Source: Octopus vulgaris
Taxonomy: Eukaryota
DNA: 64,000 nucleotides
Direction of reading: 5' to 3'
Assembly: GCA_951406725.2 (NCBI GenBank)
Contig: OX597823.1
Coordinates: 49,476,001 to 49,540,000 of the forward strand
Part shown: positions 24,241 through 37,592 of the stretch, piece by piece
Layout of the letters: each line of letters begins with the position of its first letter
How positions within the stretch are numbered: position 1 is the first letter of the stretch
The notes under the pieces: model-generated
Databases searched by the model: none
What the model was told of the DNA's origin: nothing
Seen by the model: the letters and a program-made list of their open reading frames with translations, nothing else
Made by a program: the position numbers and the translations under genes

Positions 24241-25031
24241 TGTATTAGTATTAATAAGGCAAACTCAGTCATCTTCTTTGGATTGTAGTCTTGAACCCAT
24301 ATATCAGTATTTACATTATAAATATAAACATAAAACTATTGAGATAGTTAATGGCATATATTTCTATAATCATATAGCTCTTGTTATTCTTTTTTCCAAG
24401 AAGTGTGAAAACTTGCTTAAATAAAAGTGTTAAATATTGGTAGCTATTATTATTTGGCAAGAGGGAAATAGCCAGCATCATTCGCAAGGTTGTTTTCTTT
24501 TGTTTTATAGTGGGCTTTAATTCTTAACTTCTAAGATGTTGTTTCAAAGATGGCTGATAAGAGCTATTTGATTGCTGTGCAAGATTGATTTGCTTTCCTT
24601 AGATAACACAGTGGGGCTTGTGTAAACTTGTTTAATCTTGCCCACCAATCGCCAATTCATGTCACACCTCTATAAAAGAGGGTTGCATCTTGACTTAGCT
24701 TCAAGAGTGGAACTCAACAGTTTAGAACAGTTGAGAGTCTTCGTTAATGTTAACCATGTTGGCTCTGGAACCATTACTGCAGAAGAGACTTTAGTGGATA
24801 TGCCAATTTTGCTTTGGCTGATTAAAATTGTATGTTCCAATTTGGAAAAGCAGAAGATACAGATGGAAGTGAAAATTAAAAAATACACAAATCAGAAGAT
24901 TTGCTACTTGTGACACAGAAGAATGCTCATATTAATAGAACTTTGCTTGTGCATTAAATTGCTTGAGAAATAGTTTATGCAAGATAACCAAGTGCTTAAG
25001 AACTGAACATAAATTATGAGTAGAATAGTTT

Positions 25032-25283
25032 CATCATCATTTAATGTCCATTTTCCATGCTGGAATGTATTGGACAGTTTGACAGAGAAGCTGGTAAGCT
25101 GAAGAGCTGCACCAGTCATAGAGACCATATGACTGGTTACTTTTTATGTGATTGCCAGCATGGGTGCCTTTTACATGACACCAGCACTATGGAACCTGGT
25201 GCAGCTCCTGGCTTTGCCAGCTCCTGTCAAGTTATCCAACCCATGCCAGCTTGGAAAGCAGGTATTAAACATTGATGGTGATG
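25032..25283. mobile_element. Inverted pair of SINE C tails
   Basis: 25032-~25115 (-) is the diverged reverse complement of ~25196-25283 (+). Confidence 0.75.
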
Positions 25284-26312
25284 AATTTAGTAAAAATAAA
25301 ATCAACATCAATGGAGCATTGATTATATGTTGTTGGTTTAACTTGAGCTAAAAATTAAAAAGTCTAATTTTATTTAAAAGAGCAGAAAAGAAAATAGTTT
25401 CATATAAACTTTTTGGCGTTTTTGATATTTTTTTTTTTTGAGATTATCAAATGTCAGTACTATTTTTTTATTTTATTTATGTATTACTTTTTCTGTGTGT
25501 GTGTGTGTGCGTGTGTTTGTCTTCAGGGTCACTGTTCAGTTTATCACTTTTTCTTAATAGTTTTTAAGTGAATTAAAGTTTAGAAAGAAAATCTTTGCCT
25601 GTGATCTGCATATATTATAGCACTTTAAATCTGTTCTAATTTTATGTGAACCAGCTTTTCTTAAGATTCTCTTGACAATGCCAAACACATTGTTTTATGG
25701 TTAATCCAATCCTTTATTCATCAATAGACTTTGTATCTAGCTAATACACTACATTATCAAATTTCACAAATAGTTTAGAGTATGACACCTGGAATTTGAT
25801 TACTTTGGAGCATCAAAGTCACAGTCATAAACTTGTCGTCTTTAAATCTCATTGTCTTTGTTGTATTGATTCATTTGTATGCCCTTATCTACTTAGTATT
25901 GGTATAAATAAGAGTTCAATCTCTTAATCTTAGTCACATTTTTTATGCTCACTATTATCGAAATGTTGGATTGGTAAACATTGTGCAAATTGTGGAGAAC
26001 CAAACTATTTAAGTATTATTTTCTGCTTCGTATTGTCAAGTTCTAACTTCAAGGGATAAATTCTCCTCATCCTTCTAGGGTTGTAAGCATTTTCTCAGTA
26101 ATATACCGGGGTGAAGTCAGTTAATCACATGGCCCACTTCCTGTGAATTAGCCTTATTATTTATATTTATTTTCATTGAATCAATGATAAGGTTTTCTTT
26201 TTTTTTTTTAATCGGAATCAAATTTCTGCCTTATATTTCTATGTGTATAAATACACACACACACACACACAAACACACACATATTTGTGTGTGTGTATAC
26301 ATATGTATATAT

Positions 26313-26583
26313 TCTTTTGTTCTTTTACTTGTTTCAGTCATTTGACTGTGGCCACCTTTAGTCAAACAAATCGACTCCAGGACTTATTCTTTGTAAGCCT
26401 AGTACTTATTCTATCAGTCTCTTTTGCCAAACCACTAAGTTATGGGGACATAAACACACTAACATTGGTTGTCAAGCAATAGTGGCGGGGACACTTACTC
26501 AAGGTGCCACACAGTGGGACTGAACTGGAAGCATGTGATTGGAAATCAAGCTTCTTACCACACAGCACATATGTATGTATGTA

Positions 26584-26625
<42 letters not shown>

Positions 26626-26998
26626 AGTGGTTGTGTGGTAAGAAGCTTGCTTCCCAAACACATGGTTCCTGGTTCAGTTCCACTGCGTGACACCTTGGGC
26701 AAGTGTCTTATACTATAGCTTTGGGCCGGCCAAAGCCTTGTGAGTGGATTTGACAGATGGAAACTGAAAGAAGCCTGTTTTATATATATATGTGTGTATT
26801 TGTGTCTGTGTTTGTATCTCCACCATCGCTTGACGACCAATGTTGGTGTGTTTACGTCCCCGTAACTTAGTGGTTTGGCAAAAGAAATCGATAGAATAAA
26901 GTACTAGGCTTACAAAGAATAAGTCCTAGGGTCAATTTGTTCAACTAAAGGCAGTGCTTCAGCATGGCCGCAGTCAAATGGCTGAAATAAGTAAAAGA

Positions 26999-27063
<65 letters not shown>

Positions 27064-27230
27064 GTCTTCTTTCAGTTTTTGCCCCTAAAAACCTTTAAAA
27101 AAACTACTTGTAAGTCTTTCACTAGCCCAGGGATACAATAGAAAACACTTGGCCAAAGTGCTTAACAGTGGGACTGAACCCAAAACTACATGATTGTCAA
27201 GTGATCTTCTTAATCACAAAGCCATGACTG
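26313..27230. mobile_element. SINE A cluster: minus fragments flanking a full + copy at 26622-26999
   Basis: Minus tail and head at 26313-26570; + copy taggagtggttgtgtggtaag...cagcatggccgcagtcaaatggctgaaataag; minus head at 27064-27228. Confidence 0.85.
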
Positions 27231-28184
27231 TAAAGAAACAGACACATACACACACTCAAGCGAGAGAGAGGGAGAGAAAGGTATGAATAAATATAGTTTG
27301 AATAGCATTGATAATAGAAGCAAATACAATTTGAATTCTACTTTAAAATGCTTTTACTGAAGTACTGCAACATATGTGTTGTTTTACAATCTGTAGAGAA
27401 ATGACTCGACTTATCATCTGATATTTCTTATTAAAAGAGAGTACTGCGAGTGAGTGGAGTTAATTTTGTGTGCTTACTTAATTTTATTTATAGAATTGTT
27501 GAAGTCTGGAAAATCACTTTTCCATAGATGGAGGATGTGTACTTTAGTGTAAGGGTAGATTGGATAGTTTACATAAGGTGGTGTTTCAGATGATTGACCC
27601 GGTATGGATTAGACAGGAGTTTTTCAAAAGATGCAGTTTAGTAGATTGAAATCTAATATGATAACTATGAGCTCTGGGGATCAAGAATTATATTAGCTGG
27701 GATTGCAAAAATGATGCAGTCGAAAGAGTTAAGATACCTTGGAAAGGATTGGCAATGAACGTGCTAAGATATTACTTATTAATGTTATGTAAACTTTATT
27801 CTTTCATATCTAATAATTAAAACTTCGTACTAAATTTTGATTTTGATGTCTGTGCAAAACAGGGAGATGTGGATCTATAATCTTGTTCAAAGTGTAATAT
27901 TAAATAAACCAAGATTGAAGGTGTAGACTGAGATTTAGCTGTTGAAAATTGAGCATGAGAAAAGGTGAAAATATATTATTGCACAGTGTAAAATAACAGG
28001 TGTAAAATTTAAGCAGAGTCAGATTGGTTAAGTGAGATGTGGGGGGAAAAACAAACAATGCTCATCTTGTTGGATGTATAAAATATGTTTGTATGAAGAT
28101 AAAGCAGTTTTAACTGAAAATGAGCTTGAAAATAATAAATTTTTAATGTTCTGGTTAAGTTCCAAAATATTTAATGTTGGTTTC

Positions 28185-28386
28185 AAATTTTGGCACAAAA
28201 CCAGCAACTTCAGAGAAGGGGAAAAGTCTCTTACACCAATCTCAGTACTCAAATGGTACTTATTTCATCAACCCTGAAAGTATGAAAGGCAAACTCAACC
28301 TCAGCGGAATTTGAACTCAGAATGTAAAGATGGAAGAAATGTCACTAAGCCCAGCATGCTAATGATTCTGCCAGTTCACCGCCTTC
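28185..28386 (-). mobile_element. SINE B with imperfect TSD
   Basis: Flanks caaaatatttaatgtt and caaaatacttaatatt. Confidence 0.85.
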
Positions 28387-29817
28387 AAAATACTTAATAT
28401 TAAGAATTTTCTTTGTCGTTCTTGATCAAAATCCAAGATTATGTTTGTATAAGAGTTTAAAGGTAATCTTTGGTTTTAATATTTCAAGGGAGCTCACATA
28501 AAACTAGTAGTTGTGAATAAGACCAGGCTGGTAAGTACTGTTGTCACCCACATTGAATGTATTAGATGTCTTGAAAATCTGAATAACTACTTTTCAAAAC
28601 ATAGCTCATGTTAATTATCATTTTCTTTTATTTATTTATTTTTCCTATCATTTTCATTTCAGAATCTTTAGTTGTAAAGATAACTCTTGGAGTAGTTTAC
28701 ATTTAGGCTAAATTTTCATCTGTGCTTTTATATGAATATTATTTCCCTACTTCCTAGTTGAGTAACCTTTATATCAACTAATTGTCTTTCTTCCTTTAGC
28801 AAATAGCATTTTAGTTAAAATTCCTTTGTTATTGTTTTATGACTCAAATTTCTCTTAACTTTTACCAGCTTACTAGATATTCATATTATAAAGGAAACTA
28901 GAGCCCAAGGTGACAAGTAATGGTCTGCATTGATAAAAATCAGTTGATAAAAGTGCAAAGCTGTATAGCTTCCTGTGTCTTGAGGTGAAGTGGATCTGAA
29001 ATCCTATTTTAATGTTACTGGTATAAAAAAATTCTTTATGCAAAATTTGAACTGTATGGATATTAAAAAAAATAATCCCCATCTTGGCTGACTTTTACAA
29101 AACTGAGTACAATATATGGTGATTGTTTTAATGTTATGATAAAGGTAGTTGTAAAACATAACTCCTGAAGATAACTATCTGTTTGGGGAATATACACTTA
29201 AAATATTGATTCAATCATCAAAAAAGAACTTTTGGAAGGTATATTTATGCCACTACTTGTTATACAGCTTAAATCTTATCCAAAGTATATCTGTTAGTTA
29301 TTGTTATCACTTCATAACTCACAACCTCCCAGAGCACATATCAGTGACAGTTTTTACAATGTAATCACCTTTTAATTATAATATAGCGTATTGTCATATT
29401 TTTTTTATTCATTGCTATTACTGGAAAGTGTTAGAGAGTATGGGAACATCTTAGTTTTTCACAGAGTAATGTAACTGCCAGGCATCTATCCACATATAAC
29501 AATTAACTTCATGTATTTAATTGCTGTCATGCTAAGGAGATAAAGTGAAAAGGAGTATGTCAAATGACTAATAATGAGTAAATGACAGTAGAAGTAAAAT
29601 GAATGTGAGAGAAAAGATGAGGTGTGAGAACAGGTCTGTCATGCTTGACTGGAGTTGCAAAATGGAAAGAGAGATTGTGAGAATGGGTTTTGTGATATCA
29701 TTGTCAGAAAATAGTGCTGTAGAGTAATTTATGATTCAAATAGGACCACCTGCATATAAAATATCGTTTTTTTTTTTTTTAGTTTCTTTTTGCTCTTTTT
29801 ATCACCTTTTGAAAGCC

Positions 29818-30200
29818 TAGGCACAAGCATGGCTGTGTGGTAAGGAGTGCTACCCAACCACATGGTTTTGGGTTCAGTTTCACTGCATGGCCTCTTGGGC
29901 AAGTGTCTTCTAGTATAGTCTCAGGCCAACCAAACCCTTGTGAGTGGGTTTGGTAGATGGAAACTGAAAGAAACCCATCATGTATGTGTGTGCCTGTCTG
30001 TCTCTATGTCCATGTTTGTTCCCCCACCACCACTTGACATCTGGCTTTAGAATGTTTACATCCCCTATAACTTAGCAGTTCAGCAAAAGCATATGATAGA
30101 ATAAGTACCTGGCTTAAAACAATAACTTGGGTCAATTCATTCAACAAAAAATTCCTCAAAGCAGTACCCCAGCATGGCTGCTGTCTAATGACTGAAACAT
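29818..30200 (+). mobile_element. SINE family A
   Basis: Head, CORE-like segment and tail match the other A copies. Confidence 0.85.
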
Positions 30201-30222
30201 GTGTGCATGTATGCATGTGTGT

Positions 30223-30551
30223 ATCATCATCATTTTAAAATCTACTCTTCTATACTTACATGGGTCAGATGAAAGTAAATTGATGTGGAGTTCTGTATGG
30301 CTGGATGCCTTTCTTGTTGCCATCCTGCCTTGTTTCCAAGCAGAATAACTTTCTTGTCTATTAAACAGCAGACTGCCTGGACATATTTTATGCAGAGAAC
30401 TGGAAGCGAATGACACCATAGTAATGAACCATTTGTTTACAAAAGTTGTGCATGTCAAGAAGTCTTGACATGCTTTCATGATGGATTGCAAGCAAATGAC
30501 TTTGTCTTGAAGCCATTGTTGACAAACCAGCACGTGCAAAGGAAATATGAA

Positions 30552-30593
<42 letters not shown>

Positions 30594-30790
30594 TACACGT
30601 GCACACACTCACACACACACACACACACATGACAATATGCCTTTTTCAATTTCAGTCTACCAGATCTATTCACAAGGTTTTGGTTGACCTGAGGCTATAG
30701 TAGAAGACATTTGTCTGAGGTGCCAGACAGTGGGACTGAACCTGAAGCTATGTGGTTAGGAAGCAAAGTAAACTTATCCACACAGCCATC
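30223..30790 (-). mobile_element. SINE family D (family A head, D body, RTE-type tail)
   Basis: Head at 30640-30790; (CA/CT)n; body; ggctggatgcctttcttgttgcc and (cat)n tail. Confidence 0.7.
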
Positions 30791-31220
30791 ATTACAGAAA
30801 AGAAAAAAAGGAAACATTCCTTTTCTTACTGAGAAAACATTCAAGATAATTGATTATACAGCTGCTACTTTTGACAACATTGGAAGACTTGTCTTCTAAT
30901 GAAAAGAAGAAAAAAAACAGTTTATGTTGTAAGTCTTCTACATACGATTATTTAGAATCATCCCTTGAAGCAAGTAAAATACTTATCAGTTCTGCAGTGC
31001 CTCTCCTGCTTATATTTGTGAGCTGTACTTTCAAATGATGCTTATTCACAACTTAAGTGAGCATCTGCAGTGAAGGTTCAATATTTGTGCCATGGACATT
31101 GGATTGGTTGTCCTTTGATTTTGAAGATGACCAACATTCCATTTCTAATACATCACAGCAATGCTGTGATTAAACTTTCCCTGCAATGAAACTACGATAG
31201 CAGTATTTAATTTGTTACAG

Positions 31221-31443
31221 GCATGTATGCTACTCCAACCACTGTTTATAGTTGTGACTTCATTCTCATCTGTTCGTTTGCCCTTCAGTAGGTTTTATTT
31301 TTCATCCTACAGGGTCTCCAAACACGACTACCCTCACTAAGTGGGCTACATGGGGTTACCAACCATGCAACAGGTTGTACCGAGTTGCATGTTACCAGCA
31401 GTGCTCACAAGTGATCTGGTTTGAGCAAAGGAAGTACTGGTGA
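31221..31443 (+). CDS. Candidate exon(s) with two alternative acceptors (31221 and 31313); product unknown
   Basis: atttaatttgttacag|gcatg and ttttatttttcatcctacag|ggt; ~50% GC island not matching any repeat in the window; open reading frames of 22-42 codons. Confidence 0.3.
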
Positions 31444-32744
31444 CTAAATTTACACCAATCATTTGGCCAGCTGCAAATCTGACCACATAAATATAGTTGT
31501 AGCAATCTTTTTAAAAACATTTTTCTGCTTTTGAAAATTTGTGTTTTACAATTAGAACTTAAAATAAATTAAATATTGATTGCAATTTTCAGCAAATCAA
31601 GTAGGAAAACCTTATTGATGTATGATGTAAAAAAAAAAATACAAAAAGAAAATAGAAAACTTGCTTATTTGACCTTCCTTGTGCATACATTATAAGATTA
31701 TGGGTTGGAATTAATTTGTTCAATAACATTGATTAGCTGTTTTAATTTACTATGATTAGATTAGGGAGTTTTAAATAATTATTTTTATAACTTATTTGAA
31801 ATATGCAATCATAATTACATTATGTTTTACAGTTTCAGGTTTTAGAAAACTGCTTCCATTAATTGATTTTACTCTTAGACAGATAATCTGCATGTTTGCA
31901 AAGGTTAAATTATTTTACTGTTAGTCTATAATTCAGAACTACTGTTTTAAATTTACCGATGAAATAGATGTATGGATTTAAAGTAAGGAACTACTTTAAC
32001 CTGTCTTGGTGATATCCGATTATTAAAACATATTTTCCATTGTTGGGTAATTACTAATTCAAGGTTTGTTTTGTCAACAGTTGCTTATTTTCCTTCTAAA
32101 AGGAGCAGAATATAAGCAAGTGGGTTTTCTTGAAAACTTCTTTGGACAATCTTTTTAAAAATTGCTATTAGTCTGTTTATCTTTTTACCTCCAATGAAAA
32201 TTTGAAAGTAAAATGTAAGTATTAAGGATCAGGAAAGACTCAAGCCTGTTAGCCACAAAATAGACTTTTTTTTTTCTTCCAGATTAATCCTTTCAAGAGC
32301 AATTGGTTCTGTGATATATATTTATCTGATTTTAGTCATTCTTTTCACATTTATTAATCTCTTGATATCAATTAAATTAAATACAAGAAATAAACTGAGA
32401 CAGCAAACTGTTCATTATACTTAACTGAGAACCAAGTAGTTTCATTGCAGAAACAGTTGAAGAACTGTGAAAAATGAGTTTAAAATTTTTTTTTTTTTTT
32501 CAATAAAATTGATTGAAACTTTATAAAATTAAAAATCTCAACATGAACATATCCAAGCTAAAAGCATAGAGAAAATCTCTTTGCAAAGAAACTTAATATT
32601 TTGAAGTCAGAAAAACAAAAATGGGAGTAAGGTATAAGGAATTCAAAATTACAATTAGATCTTTGACTTAAAATGAAGATATACTAGCAGCAGATTTGAT
32701 TAGAAATAGTTGGTAAGTTTTGCCAAAAGTGAAACTTTCATCTT

Positions 32745-33110
32745 TTACCTTTTACTTGTTTTAGTCTTTAGACTGTGGCCGTGCTAGGATACCGCCTTGA
32801 AGAATCTTTAATCAAATGAATCGACCCCAGTACTTATTTTTTTAATTTTTTAAGCCTGGTATTTAATCTATCAGCCTCTTTTGCCGAACCACTATGTTAC
32901 AGGGATGTAAAGACTCTCACACACAAATATATATATATATATATATATATAATGACAGGCTTCTTTCTGTTTCTGTCTACCAAATCTACTCAAAAAGCTT
33001 TGGTCAGATCAAGGCTATTGTAAAGACACTTACCCAGAGTGCCATGCAGTGGGACTGAATCTGGGATCATGTGTTTAGGAAGCAAGCTTCTTACCACACA
33101 GTCTTGCATC
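32745..33110 (-). mobile_element. SINE family A, minus-strand copy
   Basis: ttttacttgttttagtctttagactgtggccgtgc...ggaagcaagcttcttaccacacag. Confidence 0.85.
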
Positions 33111-34696
33111 ACTAATTAAAGTTTGGGAGAGGTAGAATAGATTTAGGGAGCCATCTCTGTTGGTACCAAAATGGAATGTTTGGTTTGTATATTTTAAAGA
33201 AAACAAAGCAACTTCTTGTGAGAAGTACCACAGACTGTGTATAGTATGAAAATGGGAATTATATACCACCATGGAATAACGTTTTCATAGTAGGAAAAAG
33301 ACTTACAATGGAAACAATGGTAAATAATAATAATAATAATAATGAACAACACTATTACACTGACTGTAAACTCACTCAGTTTACTTAGTGCAGAGCCCTG
33401 TCGTATATGGCTGTTATTACTAAATATAGATTTTTGACAAACTTTGGCATACAGATCTGTGACACGCCATAAGAGTCATAGAACTTTGCAATGATATAAA
33501 CAGTTAACAAGTTCAAATCCAGCTTATGTACATGTATATAATTATGATAGCACTTGATGAACGGAGAGAAAATTGTTCAAAACACAGTGATTTAACAAAG
33601 TATAGCAGAATGAATAACATTTCCAAAAGTTCTTTACATTTCTTTCTTTTTCTTCTTTTTTCTTTTTTTTTTCTTTTTTTGTTTGTTTAGCAGGTTGTAA
33701 GGCCATTGTTCTCCTTGTCATATGTGAACATATTCAATTATTAGAATTGGTTTTATGATACTGTAGAATTATGTATTTCAGCCACAATATTACAATCAAT
33801 ATTTGTATAATCTTTGTCTGCCTCTAAATTTTCGTTTGGATGTGATTATGTTTTAAATTTATATTCTTTATTTATTTTTGCGTGGAAAAGAAAGAGATCA
33901 TCATCACCATCATCTCTGCTTTATAGCTGCCATTCCATATCATGTTTCACAAGGTAACTTTGGCAATTTGTCTTGTTGAAAACTAAGTATGGCATTCATG
34001 TGTCAGTCTGCAATGGACAAGTCTGGCCCTTAATGTTCTTATTTATTCTTCACTTAATGTTCCATTTGCAGAAGCTATAGTTATGATAATTATAGCAATA
34101 AGTGACTTAACTGGGCCATTATTTGTATCATTTAAATTGGTTAATTTAAGAGAAACACTTGAGTAGAGCTGAATTGCTTTAGTTGTCAAGTGAAACACTA
34201 TGAGGAATCGTTCCAAGTAACTCTAACAGATAATTACTTTTCATTCCACTGATGTCAGATATCCAATCAGTCTGCTTTTTGATGTGGACTTTATTGAGTT
34301 GTTTCATTAGTCTGAACCTTGGCCTCAGACCTCAAAAGAACTAACAGAAGCTTTCATTTTAACTCCGTGATATTAAAATCAAGGTAATCTGCTGGTGATA
34401 GAGATTAAAGTATAACCTCAATATATTGCTAAACTATTGAACATTATCTTTCAAAGAACCATATTTTGTAATACTGGGCAAATTCAAAGGAATAGCCAAG
34501 CAGATAACTGTTTGATGTATGTTTAAGGAGCTAATTCCAACATTTAAAAGACTATGTAAATGTGAACTTCAATTTTGCTGCCTAAGGCATCAGATTTGAA
34601 CAACATTCAATGTTTTGTTATTGAATCCTTTCCACTGGAATAAAATAAATCATTATTCTAAAAGCAATTGTGAATATATTCATACTAGGTGTCTGC

Positions 34697-34743
<47 letters not shown>

Positions 34744-35866
34744 GATATTGATTTAGAATATATAATAAAAGGCTGAAAGTCTACTAACTTCTGAATAATT
34801 GTGAATAAATGTTACAAGGAACACTTCTCTTTGAGACTTTATTTATGTTTTATCTAACCAAATTCCTATTGGTTTGTTAATATTTTAGTCATTGCCTCTG
34901 TTAGGAATTTAATTTAATACTTAGTAACATTCTAATTTCTCTTTGATATGTACACTTTCAAAATAACTGGAAGATATAGAGGATTTAAATTTCTTTGATT
35001 CTAAATCCTCTTTTTATTCATGTTAACGAAAGAATGTGTAAACAAATAACATTATTGGCTCTTATGAAGATGAATGGACAGTGTCCTAGATGGGTGTTCA
35101 AAAGAATGCTGCTATGAAAATAGAATAAAATAATTATGCTGACTGCTCTGTTGTTAAGACAAAACTGATTCTATCTGAATAAAACGTTTAGAATAATACA
35201 TTGAAAAATATTGCTGAAACTTGTCTTAAACAAATCTCAGCTCTGTTTTCATCTTAACATTTTTTCATTAGAGATGTGTGCAGGAATAAAATGGCTAGTG
35301 TAATTTATCTAGAATCTCCTTTTTAATATCATTTACCATTATCAGAACCAGTCAGCAGCTGTTTGCTATTGATAGATCTTGCTTCGTTAAATTTTGTCCA
35401 AAGTTGTCTTCTAATAATTTCAGCTTCTAACAAACTCAACTATTTTAAATATATTCTTTGACTCATTACTATCTGATTATCTCCAGCATTTACTCACCAC
35501 TTCTAATCATCCATCCTTGTTATTTTAATGTTTAATTCAGAAGCAACTTCTATTTTAAAACTAAATCTGTCATTTTCATTCGTGTTGCACTAGATAAGAA
35601 AACTGGTTTTCTTATCTTGCCACCAGTATTCATTTTTTTTTTCTTTTTTTGTCTCTTTAATTAGGCTTTATACCATGTGTCGCTTCTATATAAGGAAAAC
35701 ATACTGATTAGAATATGACAGCTTTCTAATGCCGGGTTTCTTCATTCAGTGACTTCTTATAGTTTCTAGGGTTTTAACACTGAAATTAACTAGGTTCAAT
35801 AGAGAATTTTAATTGCTAGTCTTAATATAAAAGATACATGACAAATATTTCTCCTTCCAGCAACAA

Positions 35867-35960
35867 TTAACCTTTTAGCATTCATGTTACTCTGTCAAAT
35901 GTAGTACTTAATTATTCACATTGTTGTGAATTAATTATGCATTATCTCAAAGCTTCCTTG
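35867..35960 (+). mobile_element. P1 MITE 5' fragment
   Basis: TTAAccttttagcattcatgttactctgtcaaatg. Confidence 0.65.
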
Positions 35961-37297
35961 GTGATATTTGGATATTCTTCAGTGGGTACAGTAGTGGTTA
36001 GTTTGCTATATATATATATATATATATATGTGAAAGGTTATAATGATATTTGATTCTCTGTCTGAAGAATTTCTAATCGGAGATATATTACATGTTTTCT
36101 ACTTCATGTACAATTTTGTAACTCCTATTAGCAAATGAAACACATGTAATGGTGAATAAATAAAACCAAAAATTTATTTTCCAATCTTCTGTTTTCATTT
36201 ATATATTATGTTGGGTCTAGGAAGAGTCATTACGTCAATATTGATATTATATATATTGAACAGATATATCATTCTTGAATTTAAGTGTGAACTAAATTTT
36301 GTGGGTATGCTATCTAAAAATTTAAGGCTTAAAATATATGAGCTAACTTTTTAAGGGTGGTGGTGGGTTTACTGAAATAAATTTCATTGCCAAATTGAGC
36401 CAGTAAACTAATTCAGTAGAAATTTCTTATTAAGGTATCCCCTTCATTTGAAATTAAGTTCAGTGCCAGTACATTGAACAGGTCATTGCTTATCATCCTA
36501 AAACACAGTTTCCCCATTTATAAACTCCAATAAAGCACCAAGATCACTTAATACAGCATTCTTCTTTGACATTTTCGTTTTTTTTTAAATTTATTTATTT
36601 ATTTTGGCTTACTACAGAAAACCTTCATTCGATGAGTTTCAGTGCTGTTATCATGCACTTAATAGTAATTATGTTTAAAATCTTATATTTTTTTTTTTTT
36701 TCATTTTAAAGCATTTTTGTTCAATGTTGGCAACCAGAAATATCACACATATAACCATAACTAAAACTCTTCTTTTCTTGAGAAATATACCATCATATTT
36801 GTTGCTGTGGATTTCAATCACTCTTTGTCTTTCTAGTAGATACTTCTCTGAACTTCCTCTTACTTCATCATGGAGTAGTCTTTATCTATCATTAGTCCAA
36901 GAAAGCTTGATCTAATCTATATACTTTCACAATGTTAACAATCAGCTGTCAGTTAGAAATGGTTTTTGCTTATTCTTGTTTTCCTCATATCACATTTTTC
37001 CTTCTCTCCTATAAAAGCAATTTCATTCTGTCAAAGTTTTTCTTTTTTGTTTACCTTTGCATGTTTTTTTTTTTATGCATTTGAAATGTCTCTTTTCAAG
37101 ACTACTAAAAGCTAGCGATCATTTCATCTTCTAGATTCAGTTCAGCACAATCATTATTAGATATGCCTATTTCAAAATGTTTATATTGGTGAGGACATAG
37201 CGAGCCTTTTGAAATATTTACCCTGCACTCCAGAGTATATTTATATAAATATTTCTGTTTCTTTTTGACAATGATCTGAAGTTAGAAATTATTATTA

Positions 37298-37329
<32 letters not shown>

Positions 37330-37334
37330 GTTAT

Positions 37335-37542
37335 TAAAATGACAAGCTAACTGAATCATTAGCATACTGGGCAAAATGCTTAGCAGTATTTTGTCTGTCT
37401 TCATGTTTTGAGTTAAAATGCCACCAGGGTTGACTTTGCCTTTCATCCTTTTGGGATCGATAAATTAAGTACCAGTTGAGTACTGGATGTAATCAACTAT
37501 TCACCTCCCCCAAATTTCAGGCCTGTGCCTATAGTAGAAAGG

Positions 37543-37592
<50 letters not shown>

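Noticed and set aside
31221-31255. ATPTTV peptide recalling Muscleblind-like C-termini
   Set aside because: A six-residue low-complexity match is insufficient; no zinc-finger exon is in the window, so no gene symbol is assigned.
34978-35011. 10-bp inverted repeat agaggattta/taaatcctct, and a similar small hairpin at ~61348-61382
   Set aside because: Short inverted repeats like these are expected by chance in 64 kb of AT-rich DNA.
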